Below are positions 28,401 through 39,729 of a stretch of DNA of 64,000 nucleotides, piece by piece; position 1 is the first letter of the stretch; the number at the start of each line of letters is the position of its first letter. The notes below the pieces were generated by a model. That model saw nothing but the letters and a program-made list of their open reading frames with translations. It did no database searches and was not told where the DNA came from. The DNA comes from Cenococcum geophilum (Eukaryota): the NCBI GenBank assembly GCA_050273025.1, contig CP158636.1:2852001-2916000 (forward strand), written 5' to 3'. Position numbers and translations under genes: made by a program.

Positions 28401-31400
28401 AGACCCTTAAAGGAATTTAAAAACAACACCTAAATTTGCGAATTAATTAGTAAGATTAGCAGTTTAAAGCGCTAATAGATAATAGAGTAACGCGAAACCA
28501 TATCTTACTAGCAGTAGTTAAGAGAATAGGACTACCTTATAGATAAAAGGAGTAACTTTACCTATTAGTTATAATTTTAGGGGATCCAATAACCTATAGA
28601 GGAGGGATTATTAATCTTAAAACAGGACCTATTTAAATAACTATTAAAGGAAGACAAATTAAGATGTCTTTTAATATCCTACTATTAGAACGGGACAAGG
28701 CAGTATTAGGTATGCCTTAGTTATAGGAATATAATCTAAGGATTAATTGGATTATAGGCTAGGTTAATATTAGAGATACTTAATACCGTAAAATGCGATA
28801 ACAAGCCAAGTTAGTATAGTACTAAGTAGGAGCAACCTATAAAGAAATAGAAAAAGAACTAAGTTATATACTAAAGAAATACTATAAGTATAGCAAAAAA
28901 CTATGGTTACCGGAAAGTAAAAAGCTGTTAAAATATACAGTATAGGACTATAAGATAGAATTAGAACTAAAAACAAGTCCAAAGTTCTTTCCAATCTATA
29001 AGCTTACTAAGGAAGAAGGTAGAGCATTAAAAGAGTTTATTTAGGAAAACCTACAAAAGGGATACATTAGACCATCGCAATTATCAGCGGGTTATCTAGT
29101 ACTATTTATACTAAAGAAAAATAGCAAACTAAGGCTGTATGTTAACTATAGATAGTTAAACAGTATTACTAAAAAGGATAGGTATCCTTTACCCTTAATT
29201 AGCAAAATCTAAGATAGGATAGATAATGCGTAAATCTTTATAAAGATAGATCTAAGATGGGCGTACTATTAGATTAGAATTAAGGAAGGCGACAAATAAA
29301 AGGCAGCCTTTAGGTTAAAGGAAGAACTATATAAACCATTAGTTATATAATTTGGGCTTATAAATATACTAACAACATTCTAGAAACGTATTAACAATAT
29401 ATTAGGAAAATACTTAAATAAATTTGTTATGGTATATTTTAATAATATTATTATCTACTTAATAACTAAGGAAGAACACAGGGAACACATTAAATAGGTT
29501 TTAAAGAGACTATAAGAAGAATAGATGCTAGTAGCAATTAAGAAATACAAGTTTTTTACCAGAAAGACTAATTTTATTAGATTTATTATTAAACTAAGCT
29601 AACTTAGTATAAATCTAAAGAAGATTAAGGCTATAGTGAATTAGTAGGAACTAGAGAACGTTATATAGTTAAAATTGTTTCTAGGGTTTTGCAATTACTA
29701 TAGAAGGTTTATAGCGTAGTGGTTAAAGGACATTAAGCTATTTACGCGGTTAATAAAGAAAGAAGAACTATAGGTATAGGAAAAGGAGTAAAGGGAACTC
29801 TTTAGGAAAGTTAAAGAGTTATTTACCTAGGAGCTAGTTCTTAAAATCTATTAACTAGAACTAGAGACGGTTATAGAAACAGATATATTAGACTATATAC
29901 TAGGGGCGTACTTTATATAAAGGCATTAAGATAAATGGCACCTAGTGGCATACTATAGTTGGAAGATAATACTACTAGAGTTAAACTATAACATCTATAA
30001 TAAGGAGTTATTAGGTATAGTTATAGTATTAAAGAAATAAAGGGTATTCTTATAAGGCATAAAGAAACCATTTATAGTTAAGACAGATTATAAAAACCTA
30101 ATAGGATTCCTAATAATAAAGGAACTTAACTAAAGACAGGTTAGATAGGTAGAGATACTTACGGAATACTATTTTAAGATTTAGTATACTAAAGGTATAG
30201 ATAATACGCGGGCAGATACTCTAAGCCATAAAGCTAAACTATAAAATAAGAAAAAGCTATTAGGAGCTTTATTGCAAAAAGATATAGACAGATTAATTAG
30301 GTATAATTATCTAAAAATTATAGCAACTTAAAAAGATAATAAACTAAAGAAAGTCTACAAGATACTAAAAAGCTTTTAGGTATAAAGAATTCTAAAAGCA
30401 TAGCTAGAAGATCTATAGACAGATATATACAAAAATTAAAAAGTAAAGTATATCCTAAGAAGTATAGTAGAGTAGTTTATAGAAGACTTTTATAAGGGAC
30501 TAACTTAAGGACATAATAGGGCTATAGGCTTAGTATTAAGACTCTAGGAGGAATACATTATTAATGGAATTTAGAGGATAGCTAGAAAAGTTATAAAGGA
30601 ATGTTTAGATTACTAAAGAAATAAACTAATAAAGCATAAGCCATATAGAGGGCTATAATCTATTAAAATACTAGAGAGACTATAGGAGGTTATATTATAG
30701 GACTTTATTATTAAGTTACCAAAATTAAAAGACCTTATTACTGGATAAGATTATAACGCGATCTTAGTGATAGTAAATAAGCTTATAAAGTAGGGATACT
30801 TTATAGTATATACAGAAGAAATTTCAGCAGAAGATATCGCTAGAATCTATATTAAAGAAGTGTTTATAAGATATAGAGTATTAAGTAAGATTATATTAGA
30901 TAGAGATTTAAGATTTATAGTAGTATTCTAGGAAGTATTCTTAGCGAAGTAAGGAGTTTAAGCAGCAACTTCTACTATATATTATTTATAAACAGACGGT
31001 TAAATGGAAAGATTAAACTAGACACTAGAATAATATCTAAGGTATTATATTAATTATATACAGAATAATTAGGTATCGCTATTACTAGTTATATAGTTTA
31101 TATATAATGTAACACCTTAAGAAGGAATAGGTATATTACTATTTAAGGCAAATTATAGATATAAGCTAAGAACATCATTATTACTATAGTAAGTAAAGAA
31201 AATAAGTAGTATAGCTAAAGAAAGAATAAAGGATTTAATAAATCTTTATATAGACCTTATAGAGATAGCTAAGGTAGTATAGTAAAGAATAAAAAGGTAC
31301 TATAATGCTAAGAGATCTAAGGGACTAGATCTTAAGGAGGGAGATAAAGTGTAGCTACTATATAAAAATTTCAAGAGTTAATGACTAAGTAAGAAATTAG

Positions 31401-31768
31401 ACTATGTTAGACTAGGACCTTTTAAAATTACATAAAGGATTTCACTGGTTATGTTTAAGTTAAACCTACTAGCCAAAATAAAGATCTACCCTATATAGTA
31501 TATCGCAATGCTAAAGCCAGTATATAGGAATATTAAGCTACTGGTTTATAAAGCAGACACGTATAGAGGATAAGAAGAAGACAAATAGTAAGTTTTAAAG
31601 ATCGTTAATTATAAGGATATTGACGACGAAATATAGTATGAGGTTAAGTAGATAGGCTATACTAAGACTACCTAGGAGCTACTAGAGAATTTAAAAAACG
31701 CTATAGGAAAGGTATAAGAGTATCGGAAGAGATTAGGTCAGGTAGTATTAATAAAAAAGGATCGCTAA
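25404..31768 (+). pseudogene. gag-pol polyprotein of chromovirus A (RIP-inactivated)
   Basis: gag MPPKAAT..., CCHC knuckle about 26405-26450, protease ALID.. about 28470, RT VY.DDII-like about 29432, RNase H ETD.SD-like about 29876, integrase about 30500-31200, chromodomain about 31575-31730. Confidence 0.92.
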
Positions 31769-32352
31769 AGAATAAGTTACCTAAGGGGGACCTAAGAAGA
31801 GTAGTTGCCGAACTACTTAGATCTGTTTCCTTCTTTATTAGAGGAGAATCCGTTCTTTTATTATCTAGTTCTTGTAGACCTTATTTTATAAGTTTCTACT
31901 TCTTAAAACAAACCTTCTTATGAACCTTCTTAAGACGAAGTAAACGAGCAGACGCCGCAATTTGAGCATTTAGGGCCTTCTATTCCGCGTCACGAGAACG
32001 TTCTAACTTAGTAAGGGCTTGTGATAGTTTACTATTAAGCCGCGTAGTAGCAGATTAAACACGAGACCCTAAGACAAATTAATTAAGGAACTAGACGACT
32101 ATTAAGAGTAATAGGTTATGTATATTTAGTATTAGAAGTAGAGCGAACGTTATAGGACGAATAAATATTCGCTTTAGTATACTTTAAGCAAGAGGACAGT
32201 TATTACAAAGATGGGTTCGCCAACGTAATATAAACTAACCCCTCTTTCAAACAACAAGAATATAGAGACGGTATAATCTTACTAAGAGACAATATTGTAG
32301 TAATAGTGCGAGCACGACGTTGGGCGTGTAAAGAAGAAATTGCTTTAGGTAT
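31701..32352 (-). pseudogene. Antisense two-exon accessory gene of chromovirus A: Cys6 (Zn2Cys6-like) motif plus coiled coil
   Basis: Exon 1 is 32352-32124, putative 55-nt intron 32123-32069, exon 2 from 32068. All in-frame stops are TAA/TAG (RIP-type). See findings. Confidence 0.65.
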
Positions 32353-34286
32353 AATAAGCAATAATATTAACTAAATTAATTAAATGGATATTACACCTCT
32401 AGTAAATAACTTAGAGATATTTTAAATCTTTAAGGACGAAGATAAAGAGGAGAGAGATGGTATTATGGACGCTTTAAGTACAATATTATAACTACTTAAA
32501 GAAGAGACGGAAGAAGCTAGTTAGTTAATTTAGGCATAGTCTAAGATAGAGCCGATAGAACTATATAATAAGGAATAGTAACTAAGGTTATATAATGTGC
32601 TATATATTAAATAAGAGGAATAAAAGGAACTTATATACCTTATATATAAGACGTATATTATATATAAAAAGGATTTCATAGGAGTATAGTCGTGTATTTA
32701 AGGACCCTTAGTCCCTATCTAGATAGTTCCTTCTTTATAGTAATTCTTAGAATATAATTAGAGTTAATCTATTAGGCAACCACTCCACTAGTTGTTATTA
32801 CGTTGTTGACTTTTATACTTACATTTCCTACACACCTAGCCCAATAACGAGCCTATCGTAGTTCTTGCTACAAGGTTCCGTTATATCTGTCCCGCTTCTA
32901 TATATAGAGTCCTTTTTAAACATAGCGCTTTAGGAGAGTATCTTTATTAGTATAGAGTTCTTTTTAGCTTCGCGGTAAGCGTCCTCTTAGGTAAAGGCTA
33001 GGTTACAGGCCCGGATATCCTACTAATAGGTAGGGTTACCCCTTATAGCTAGTGTCTTATGGTCGGTTTGGATCTCCCTAATAAAGGAAAGCAATCTCAG
33101 TCTATCCTCCAGCTAGACAAACCGTCTTTTTTGTATATTTAACTAAATATTAAAATAGGACATCTATTTTCGTCTAAGGATTATATTGTAGGACCCTAGG
33201 TCTAGGATGTAAAAGGGGATACCGTATTAGCGTCGTCCGTTAAGAGCAATATATAACTTTAAGACATAGGTAATGGGCCAACTGGCTTAGCCGTTGTAGC
33301 CCTTTACCTAGATAGGCTTCTCTAGTTAAATAGCTTCTGTATTTAAAAACTTGGCAATATTATTTATATAGGCAGTATTTATAAAGGCGAAGCTATTTGC
33401 TCTAGTATTAATAAGGGCGGTTATATTAACTCTATATCTATTTTAAGATACTATATATAGAACTATAAAATGCTTTCTACCTATTAACTAACTAAGATTA
33501 ATCTCTTTGAGATTAATAGGGTACCCTAGAGGGGAGTCTTTCCCTAAAGTTCTTCTTTTCCTAACTTATTAGATGTTTCTCCTTCCTCTATCTCCTTAAT
33601 ATCGCTTATATCCTTTAGCTCCGGGCAGGATAAGGTAAAGTAACCTTACTTATCGCAGTTAAAGTATATGGCCGAGGTAGGGTTAATTAGAGTATTATGG
33701 CGAATACTAGTTAATGGCGTAGTACATAGCTAGTCGGGCAAGGCTCGCTAGTACGTAGTTATAACTGCCTTTAGTATAAGAGTAGTTATAACTTATCTTC
33801 CTACTTTAGCTCCTATAGGTATAGCTAGCAAGTTCTAATTGTTATGGACATCAGGAAATTTTTTTTCGGGCTCGTTGTTGCAGTTTGCGGCAATTTGCGG
33901 CAAACTGTACGGTCGCGGCAGTCGTATATAGTCTTATGCGGTTTGCGCATTTTGCGGCAAACTGCACAGAGCCTGCGTATTTTATAGCAACTTACAGCAA
34001 ACTGCACAGAGCCTGCGCATTTTACAGCAACTCGCAGTAAACGCGCAGAGCCTATATATTTTACACGTTTTATATATTTTATATATTTTATATATTTTAT
34101 ACATTTTGCATATTTTATACATTTTATATTTTGTATATTTTATATTCCTATATAACTATATAAAATATAGAGCTATTTATTAAGCAATTAAGATAAGGGG
34201 GATACCCTTTATAAAGGCTCCAAATCATTAATTAGCGGTATTCCTAACGATCTGCTGGCTGTGTACCGATTTCCTAACTAGGCCTA

Positions 34287-34527
34287 GTGCCTGCCTGCCT
34301 GCCTGCCTACCTATCTGTCTGTCTGTCTGTACCTGCCTATGCCTACCTGCCTATACCTACTGTCTATGCCTACTATCTGTGCCTACCTGTCTGTGCCTAC
34401 TGTCTGTGCCTACCTGTCTATACCTACCTATCTATGCTACCTGTCTATGCCTACCTATCTATACCTACCGTCTGTGCCTACCGTCTGTGCCTCCTATCTG
34501 TGCTACTGTCTATGCCTACCTATCTGT
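34287..34527. repeat. Degenerate TGCCTACC/TGTC microsatellite-like tract
   Basis: Direct inspection. Confidence 0.9.
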
Positions 34528-34842
34528 AATTTGGGGGAAAGGTCGGCCCGATCGAAGGCTCCGCCTAATTTAATTGATCGATTAATCGTATTAATTCGAA
34601 TCGTTCTCTACGGCCGTTCGCTGGCTGTATATTCGAACGGTGGTCGTCTGGCTCTGGCGACGGTCGACGGTCGTCTGGTTCTGGCGACGGTCCTCAGCTG
34701 GCTGCCGTTCTGGTGCCTCCCTAGGTAGGGAGGATGTAAGGAAGGAAGGGTAAAAAATAAGGTGGCTACCTAGGTATATAGATAAGGGGTACACTTGGCA
34801 GAGGCACGTGTAGAGGCTATCGGGAATATAGCGGGGACCCGA

Positions 34843-35852
34843 TGCAGAGCTTCGTGTAGAGCCTCCGTATGTAGAGCTTCGCGCAAAGCCTCGTGCAGAG
34901 CCTCTGTACGTAGAGCTTCGTGTAGAGCCTTGTGTAGAGCTTCGTGCAGAGCTTCGTGTAGAGCCTCATGCAGAGCCTTGTGCAAAGCTTCGTGTAGAGC
35001 TTCGTGTAGAGCCTCGCGCAAAGCTTCGTGCAGAGCTTTGTGTAGAGCTTCGTGTAGAGCTTCGTGCAGAGCTTCGTGTAGAGCTTCGTGCAGAGCCTCG
35101 TGTAGAGCTTCGTGCAGAGCCTCGTACAGAGCCTCTGTACGCAGAGCTTCGTATAGAGCCTCGTGTAGAGCCTCGTGCAAAGCTTTGTGCAGAGCTTCGT
35201 GTAGAGCTTCGTGCAGAGCTTCGTGTAGAGCTTCGTGCAGAGCTTCGTGTAGAGCTTCGTGTAGAGCTTCGTGTAGAGCTTCGTGCAGAGCCTCGTGTAG
35301 AGCTTCGTGCAGAGCCTCGTACAGAGCCTCTATACGCAGAGCTTCGTATAGAGCTTCGTGCAGAGCTTCGTGCAGAGCTTCGTGTAGAGCCTCATGCAGA
35401 GCCTTGTGCAAAGCTTCGTGTAGAGCTTCGTGTAGAGCCTCGCGCAAAGCTTCGTGCAGAGCTTTGTGTAGAGCTTCGTGTAGAGCTTCGTGTAGAGCTT
35501 TATGCAAAGCTTCGTGCAGAGCTTCGTGTAGAGCTTCGTGCAGAGCCTCGTGTAGAGCTTCGTGCAGAGCCTCGTACAGAGCCTCTATACGCAGAGCTTC
35601 GTATAGAGCTTCGTGCAGAGCTTCGTGCAGAGCTTCGTGTAGAGCTTTGTGCAGAGCCTCGTGCAGAGCTTCGTGCAGAGCTTCGTGCAGAGCTTCGTGT
35701 AGAGCTTTGTCAGAGCCTCGTGCAGAGCTTCGTGCAGAGCTTCGTGTAGAGCTTTGTGCAGAGCCTCGTGCAGAGCTTCGTGCAGAGCTTCGTGTAGAGC
35801 TTTGTGCAGAGCTTCGTGCAGAGCTTTGTGTAGAGCTTCGTATAGAGCTTTA
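34843..35852. repeat. About 1-kb tandem array of the 12-bp unit GTGYAGAGCYTC
   Basis: Direct inspection. It produces the spurious RASC/HEAL repeat ORFs. Confidence 0.97.
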
Positions 35853-37854
35853 TAGTATTTTTGTTGCGTTTTTATTGCAGCCGAAAATTAGGGTCTACTT
35901 AAGTCGCAATTTGCGGCGATTTACATGGGTAGCCTATGTATTTGTAGCAAATCGCCGCAAGTTGCCGCAAATCGCTAAAATCGCGACTTACGCAGGTTTT
36001 GCAGACCCCGATTTTCGCTTGCGACAACGTGCCCAAAAAAAAAATTCCTGATGGAGTCGCTTCTATTAATTAAGGCAGGCGTTGATCTGCTTTAGTTCTA
36101 AGTCTAATAATAGGCAATAAGCTACAAGTTTTTCATAGGTTGGTAGGTTATTTAAGGTTATAGCGATTTTTTCTTATAGCCAGATTATTAGCTTATCGTA
36201 TAGGTCTAATCGGTAGTTCTTAAAGGGAACCTAGCCTTTTCCTATAAGGTATAGGAATTAAGTCTAAAATTTAGTAAAGGGTTAGTTCGGTTTTATTATT
36301 AGGTAATTATAGTTATAACGGGCATCCTATACTTTATTTAGGTTAACATAGATAGCCGCTAAGTGCTATATTATCTTATTAACAGATATAAATCGGATAG
36401 GGGAGTCGTCCTTAAACTTGGCTTAAAGGTGCCGTTGGGCGTCCCCAGTGGTTTAACCAAAGAGGTAGAGCATTTTAGCTTCTTTAGAAAGGAAATAGTT
36501 GTAGTTAACACGGAGCTTTCCTTATACTTAAATCCTCCAATTCTTAAAGGTAAGGTTTATCCCGTTAAACAGTGGTAGGGGGTTAGGGAGCTTAACGGAC
36601 TTTAATTGCTTTATTATTATATCTATACTCCCTAGTATATTATATTTAGTAGAGTAAACAGGTTAGCTAGGGCTTTAAAAAAGGGAAGCTAGGCTATTTT
36701 ATAGGGCCGCAAGGCTTTCTAGGATCTCTTATAGGGTCTCTTATATATTTCTCACTTTAAGACAATTGGCTTCCTGGCTAGCTATAAGGGCGCGAATCTG
36801 CTCGTATATGTCTATAATATTATTATTATCTTCAATTTCTAATCCTAATTGGATCTTAGGTTCCTCTTAGGTAAAGGTAGCTCTCTTAGATGAGCTTACT
36901 TTAGGTGCTATTATTAGCTTCCTAAGGTTCGTTGGTATTATATACTTTAGTTTTAATTCTAGGGGTACAGGTCCAGTCCTATCTGGCTTATAAAGTGGAA
37001 TATTATTTAGGCCTTCCCAGGCAATATAGAGTTGTTTTAGTGTCTAAGTATAGCGCATTAATGCGTCATTGCAGACGAAGTTTCTTTAGGGTGGGATATT
37101 ATTGAGGCCTTCCCAGGCAAGGTAGGGAGAGCTTAGTATAATGTCACGGCTTAAATAAATGCCTCTAAACCAAAGCTTAAACAAATACTATATTACGAAG
37201 ATACTAAGCTAAAGAGAAGGAAAAGGGGTTACTAGGACCGATATAAACAAATATATAGGGTAAGCCGCTAAGGCGCTAGCTTTAGGCGGGCCAATCGCAG
37301 GTCGGCAGAATATGGCAGAATTTGGCAGGTAACGTGCGATAGCGCCGTTATATATTGGAGAGGTAGGTATAGATAGGGAGGCCCTTATATATAAATGCAA
37401 TTCTGATTTAGAGCCGTAGGTCTTTAAATATAACTGTAAGTAACCTATATTACTCGTATAAGGCAGAGAGCTAATTAATACTAGCTTTGTAAGGCTTGTA
37501 CGGCGACTCTACGTCATCCAGTAGGCCCTCGCCCCTTTACTGAATGTTGGAGTCTCCTAGGGTTCTGTGGTGGGTGCTGTGGAAATTATAAGTGGCGGGA
37601 TTATAGAGCTTAATATTCGTCGTATAATATAAATTCTTAGCCTATAGTGGCGGCAGCGGGAGCATTAAAGGGTAAGGGTCGGATTATAGAACTAGAGGAT
37701 AATAAGGAGTAGAAAAAAGTTACTGAATTTAAACTACTGGGTCTCCTCTCTTTTTTCCTATTTTTATTTTATTTTATAGTATTTTATATAAAGAGAAGTA
37801 TAAATAAAAAGGTAGAAAGAAGATATTTATTTAGTAGGAAGGCTAAAGGTATTT

Positions 37855-38058
37855 GCTAAGGCTCTGTACAAAGCTCTATACGAAGCTCTATATAAAGCTC
37901 TATATACAGAGGCTCTGCACGACGGCTCTGCGTACGACGGTTCTATATACGACGGCTCTACTACGGAGGCTCTATATAAAAGCTTTGCGCAAAGCTTCGT
38001 GCAGAGCTTCGTACACGGCTCCCCCTAAGCCTTATTCTGCAGAGCTCTTATAAGCTTT
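37855..38058. repeat. Degenerate 12-bp GARGCTCTGCAC / GTGCAGAGCTTC repeats in the hAT 3' subterminal region
   Basis: Same unit as 2560-3285 and 34843-35852. The segment ctccccctaagc..ttctgcagagctc matches the reverse complement of about 2525-2570. Confidence 0.8.
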
Positions 38059-38365
38059 ATATCTATATAATATTACTTATCCTTAGGATATTTAGATAAA
38101 AGTGGTACCATTTTAAAGCGCTTTATAATCTCTATAAATCTATATTAATAGAAAATTTATTTATTTAATATTAGGGGTTATATCGCAGGTATGGGTATAT
38201 TGGGGGGGTTTTACTAAGACTATCCGGAGACTATCCGGATAGTCTCCGGATACTATTAGCTGATAGGTCTATTATCCGAGAGGGCTATCTAGCCTATCCT
38301 CCGCAACTCTGATTAAAACAACGCGTATATCTATACAGAATTTAATTATAAATTATACCACCACC

Positions 38366-38780
38366 ATGCCTTCTAATTGTACTAGAATTAATGCGGACTT
38401 TGTTTAGAAGACTTAATATAACGTTCCTCCAAATCGAATTATAAAAAAACCCTGCCCTAAGCCCTAGCCGTTGCCCAAATTCGAACCTCTCTATATTGAT
38501 AATTGGGACGACTATGGCTCTCTAAACCTACCCTCCAACGTTAATACACGCGATCCTTTTAAGTTATTTAGTCTGTTCTTTGCAGATAAGATTAAAGATA
38601 AGCCTATAGAGTGGATAAATAAGTATAAGGAGTTGTACCCGCTAGATAAAGGAAAAGGAACGCCTATATGTATGGTAGCTAACATACAAGCAAGAACTCT
38701 GGACGTACTTTGCAGTGCTAATTTATATGGGTATTACTATAGAATCGTGCATTGAGGACTACTGGAAGAGTTTGGATACA
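38366..38780 (+). pseudogene. piggyBac-type transposase N-terminal fragment
   Basis: De-RIPed reading DPF.LFSLFF.D.I.DK..EW.N.Y.E.....W.PT.KQEL.TYFAVLI.MGIT.ES.IEDYW (one frameshift), typical of the DDE_Tnp_1_7 N-terminus. Catalytic core deleted. Confidence 0.8.
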
Positions 38781-39524
38781 TTAGCGATAAAATTAAAAGC
38801 TTCGTATTTCTGAGAACGGCTGCTTAATTTAGCTGATTTGATTAGTGGGCTCTTATCGATACCGTAAGGCCTAATTTTGCCGTGTTAAGGGATAGTAGCT
38901 AGTAAGGTTAATTTATAGATAAAACCCTTATCTAGTATCTTATTAATCTACTTCTTTACATAACTAAGTTTAGTAGGTAAAAGTGGTCTATTTTTATAAT
39001 ACGGGGCCTACTTTTTAGGTATAATCTTAATTTTATAGTCCTATAGTTAGTAAGGGGGCAGCTTATCTGCGTTCTTAGGGAGAAAGTATTTAATATATTT
39101 ATAAAACTCTTTTAGTAGGCATTATAAAATGTCTTTATAGGTTAATCCTAGTTTGCCTTTTAGAAATTTCTTAATATTAGTATTAACTATCTTTTAGCGT
39201 AGAAACTTAGACTTTATTTTTAGGTTTATTTTAAGAAAGTTATAAAAATAAGGGGGTAGTGTTTTACGGGCTTTGTTTATTATATAGTCGCCTTTTACTA
39301 GCCGGCGGAAAGACCTTTCTAATAGGTTTAGTACTTCTATTAGGCCTATAGGCAGCTCCTTAAGCAGCTATTAATACTCTTCTTATTTAACTAGTTCTAC
39401 TAGCTCCGCTATATAGATTCTTATTACCTTTATATCTTTTTATTTATAGAACTAGGTAAAATTAATGGCATAAGTGTATCTAATATCGTCTAGGTTGGGG
39501 CGTATTTGGCTCTCCGGTGCTACG

Positions 39525-39729
39525 TATTATAGCGACTTAGTTAATTGAGGCACGAGCGCCGTAAAGAACGTATGTAAGCCTGTATAATTGGAATGTCTAT
39601 TAACCTGGATATCAAAATGAGGAGTAGAAGAAGGTCGTGGAAAGGACACGTCTATATATATGGAGCTAAGACGTAAGCGAACCCCCCTAACTAGGCCTTA
39701 TCTAGGTTACGCGCGTTAGTGCCGTAACA
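39525..39729. mobile_element. Solo LTR (205 bp) inside element C
   Basis: TATTAT...GTAACA termini. TSD CTACG at 39520-39524 and 39730-39734. The left part resembles the LTR at 49189. Confidence 0.88.

Larger units (their letters stand above)
24935..32885 (+). mobile_element. Ty3/Gypsy chromovirus family A, full-length copy 4 (7951 bp)
   Basis: LTRs 24935-25359 and 32461-32885 (425 bp each). TSD TCTGT at 24930-24934 and 32886-32890. Purine-rich PPT at about 32441-32460. Confidence 0.97.
33849..36053. mobile_element. Non-autonomous TIR DNA element (2.2 kb) built mostly of tandem repeats, inserted in gag of D
   Basis: TIR CATCAGGAA(A)T-run-GGGCWCGTTGTYGCA at both ends. GA duplicated, though an ATGGA 5-bp reading is also possible. 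No transposase. Confidence 0.85.
21002..37352 (-). mobile_element. Ty3/Gypsy chromovirus family D, complete (about 6.2 kb net; LTRs 21002-21212 and 37142-37352)
   Basis: 211-bp LTR pair. TSD TATTG at 20997-21001 and 37353-37357. PPT adjacent to the left LTR. Chromodomain about 21600-21810, integrase, RNase H, RT about 23900-24500, protease ALI.T.AN.FA near 33400, gag to about 37100. Confidence 0.92.
18159..38311 (+). mobile_element. hAT DNA transposon (about 3.8 kb net), interrupted by Gypsy D
   Basis: TIR TAGGGTTGCGGAGGATAG and CTATCCTCCGCAACTCTG. Flanks ATCAAAAC(T) and ATTAAAAC give an approximately 8-bp TSD with one extra base on the left. Subterminal ATCCGGA/GGATA repeats. Confidence 0.88.
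18098..38891 (+). mobile_element. Internally deleted piggyBac-like element (about 0.63 kb net), split by the hAT insertion
   Basis: Ends CCCTTGAAACGGCA and TGCCGTGTTAAGGG. AT on both flanks. piggyBac-type transposase N-terminus at 38366-38780. The right end is shared with 58440-58538. Confidence 0.8.

Noticed and set aside
34287..34794. Overlapping Cys/Leu/Pro-rich ORFs
   Set aside because: Microsatellite-derived and open in several frames.
34770..36051. Long ORFs of HEAL (-) and RASC (+) repeats
   Set aside because: Translation of a 12-bp tandem array that happens to lack stops. It lies inside a non-coding TIR element with no domain context.
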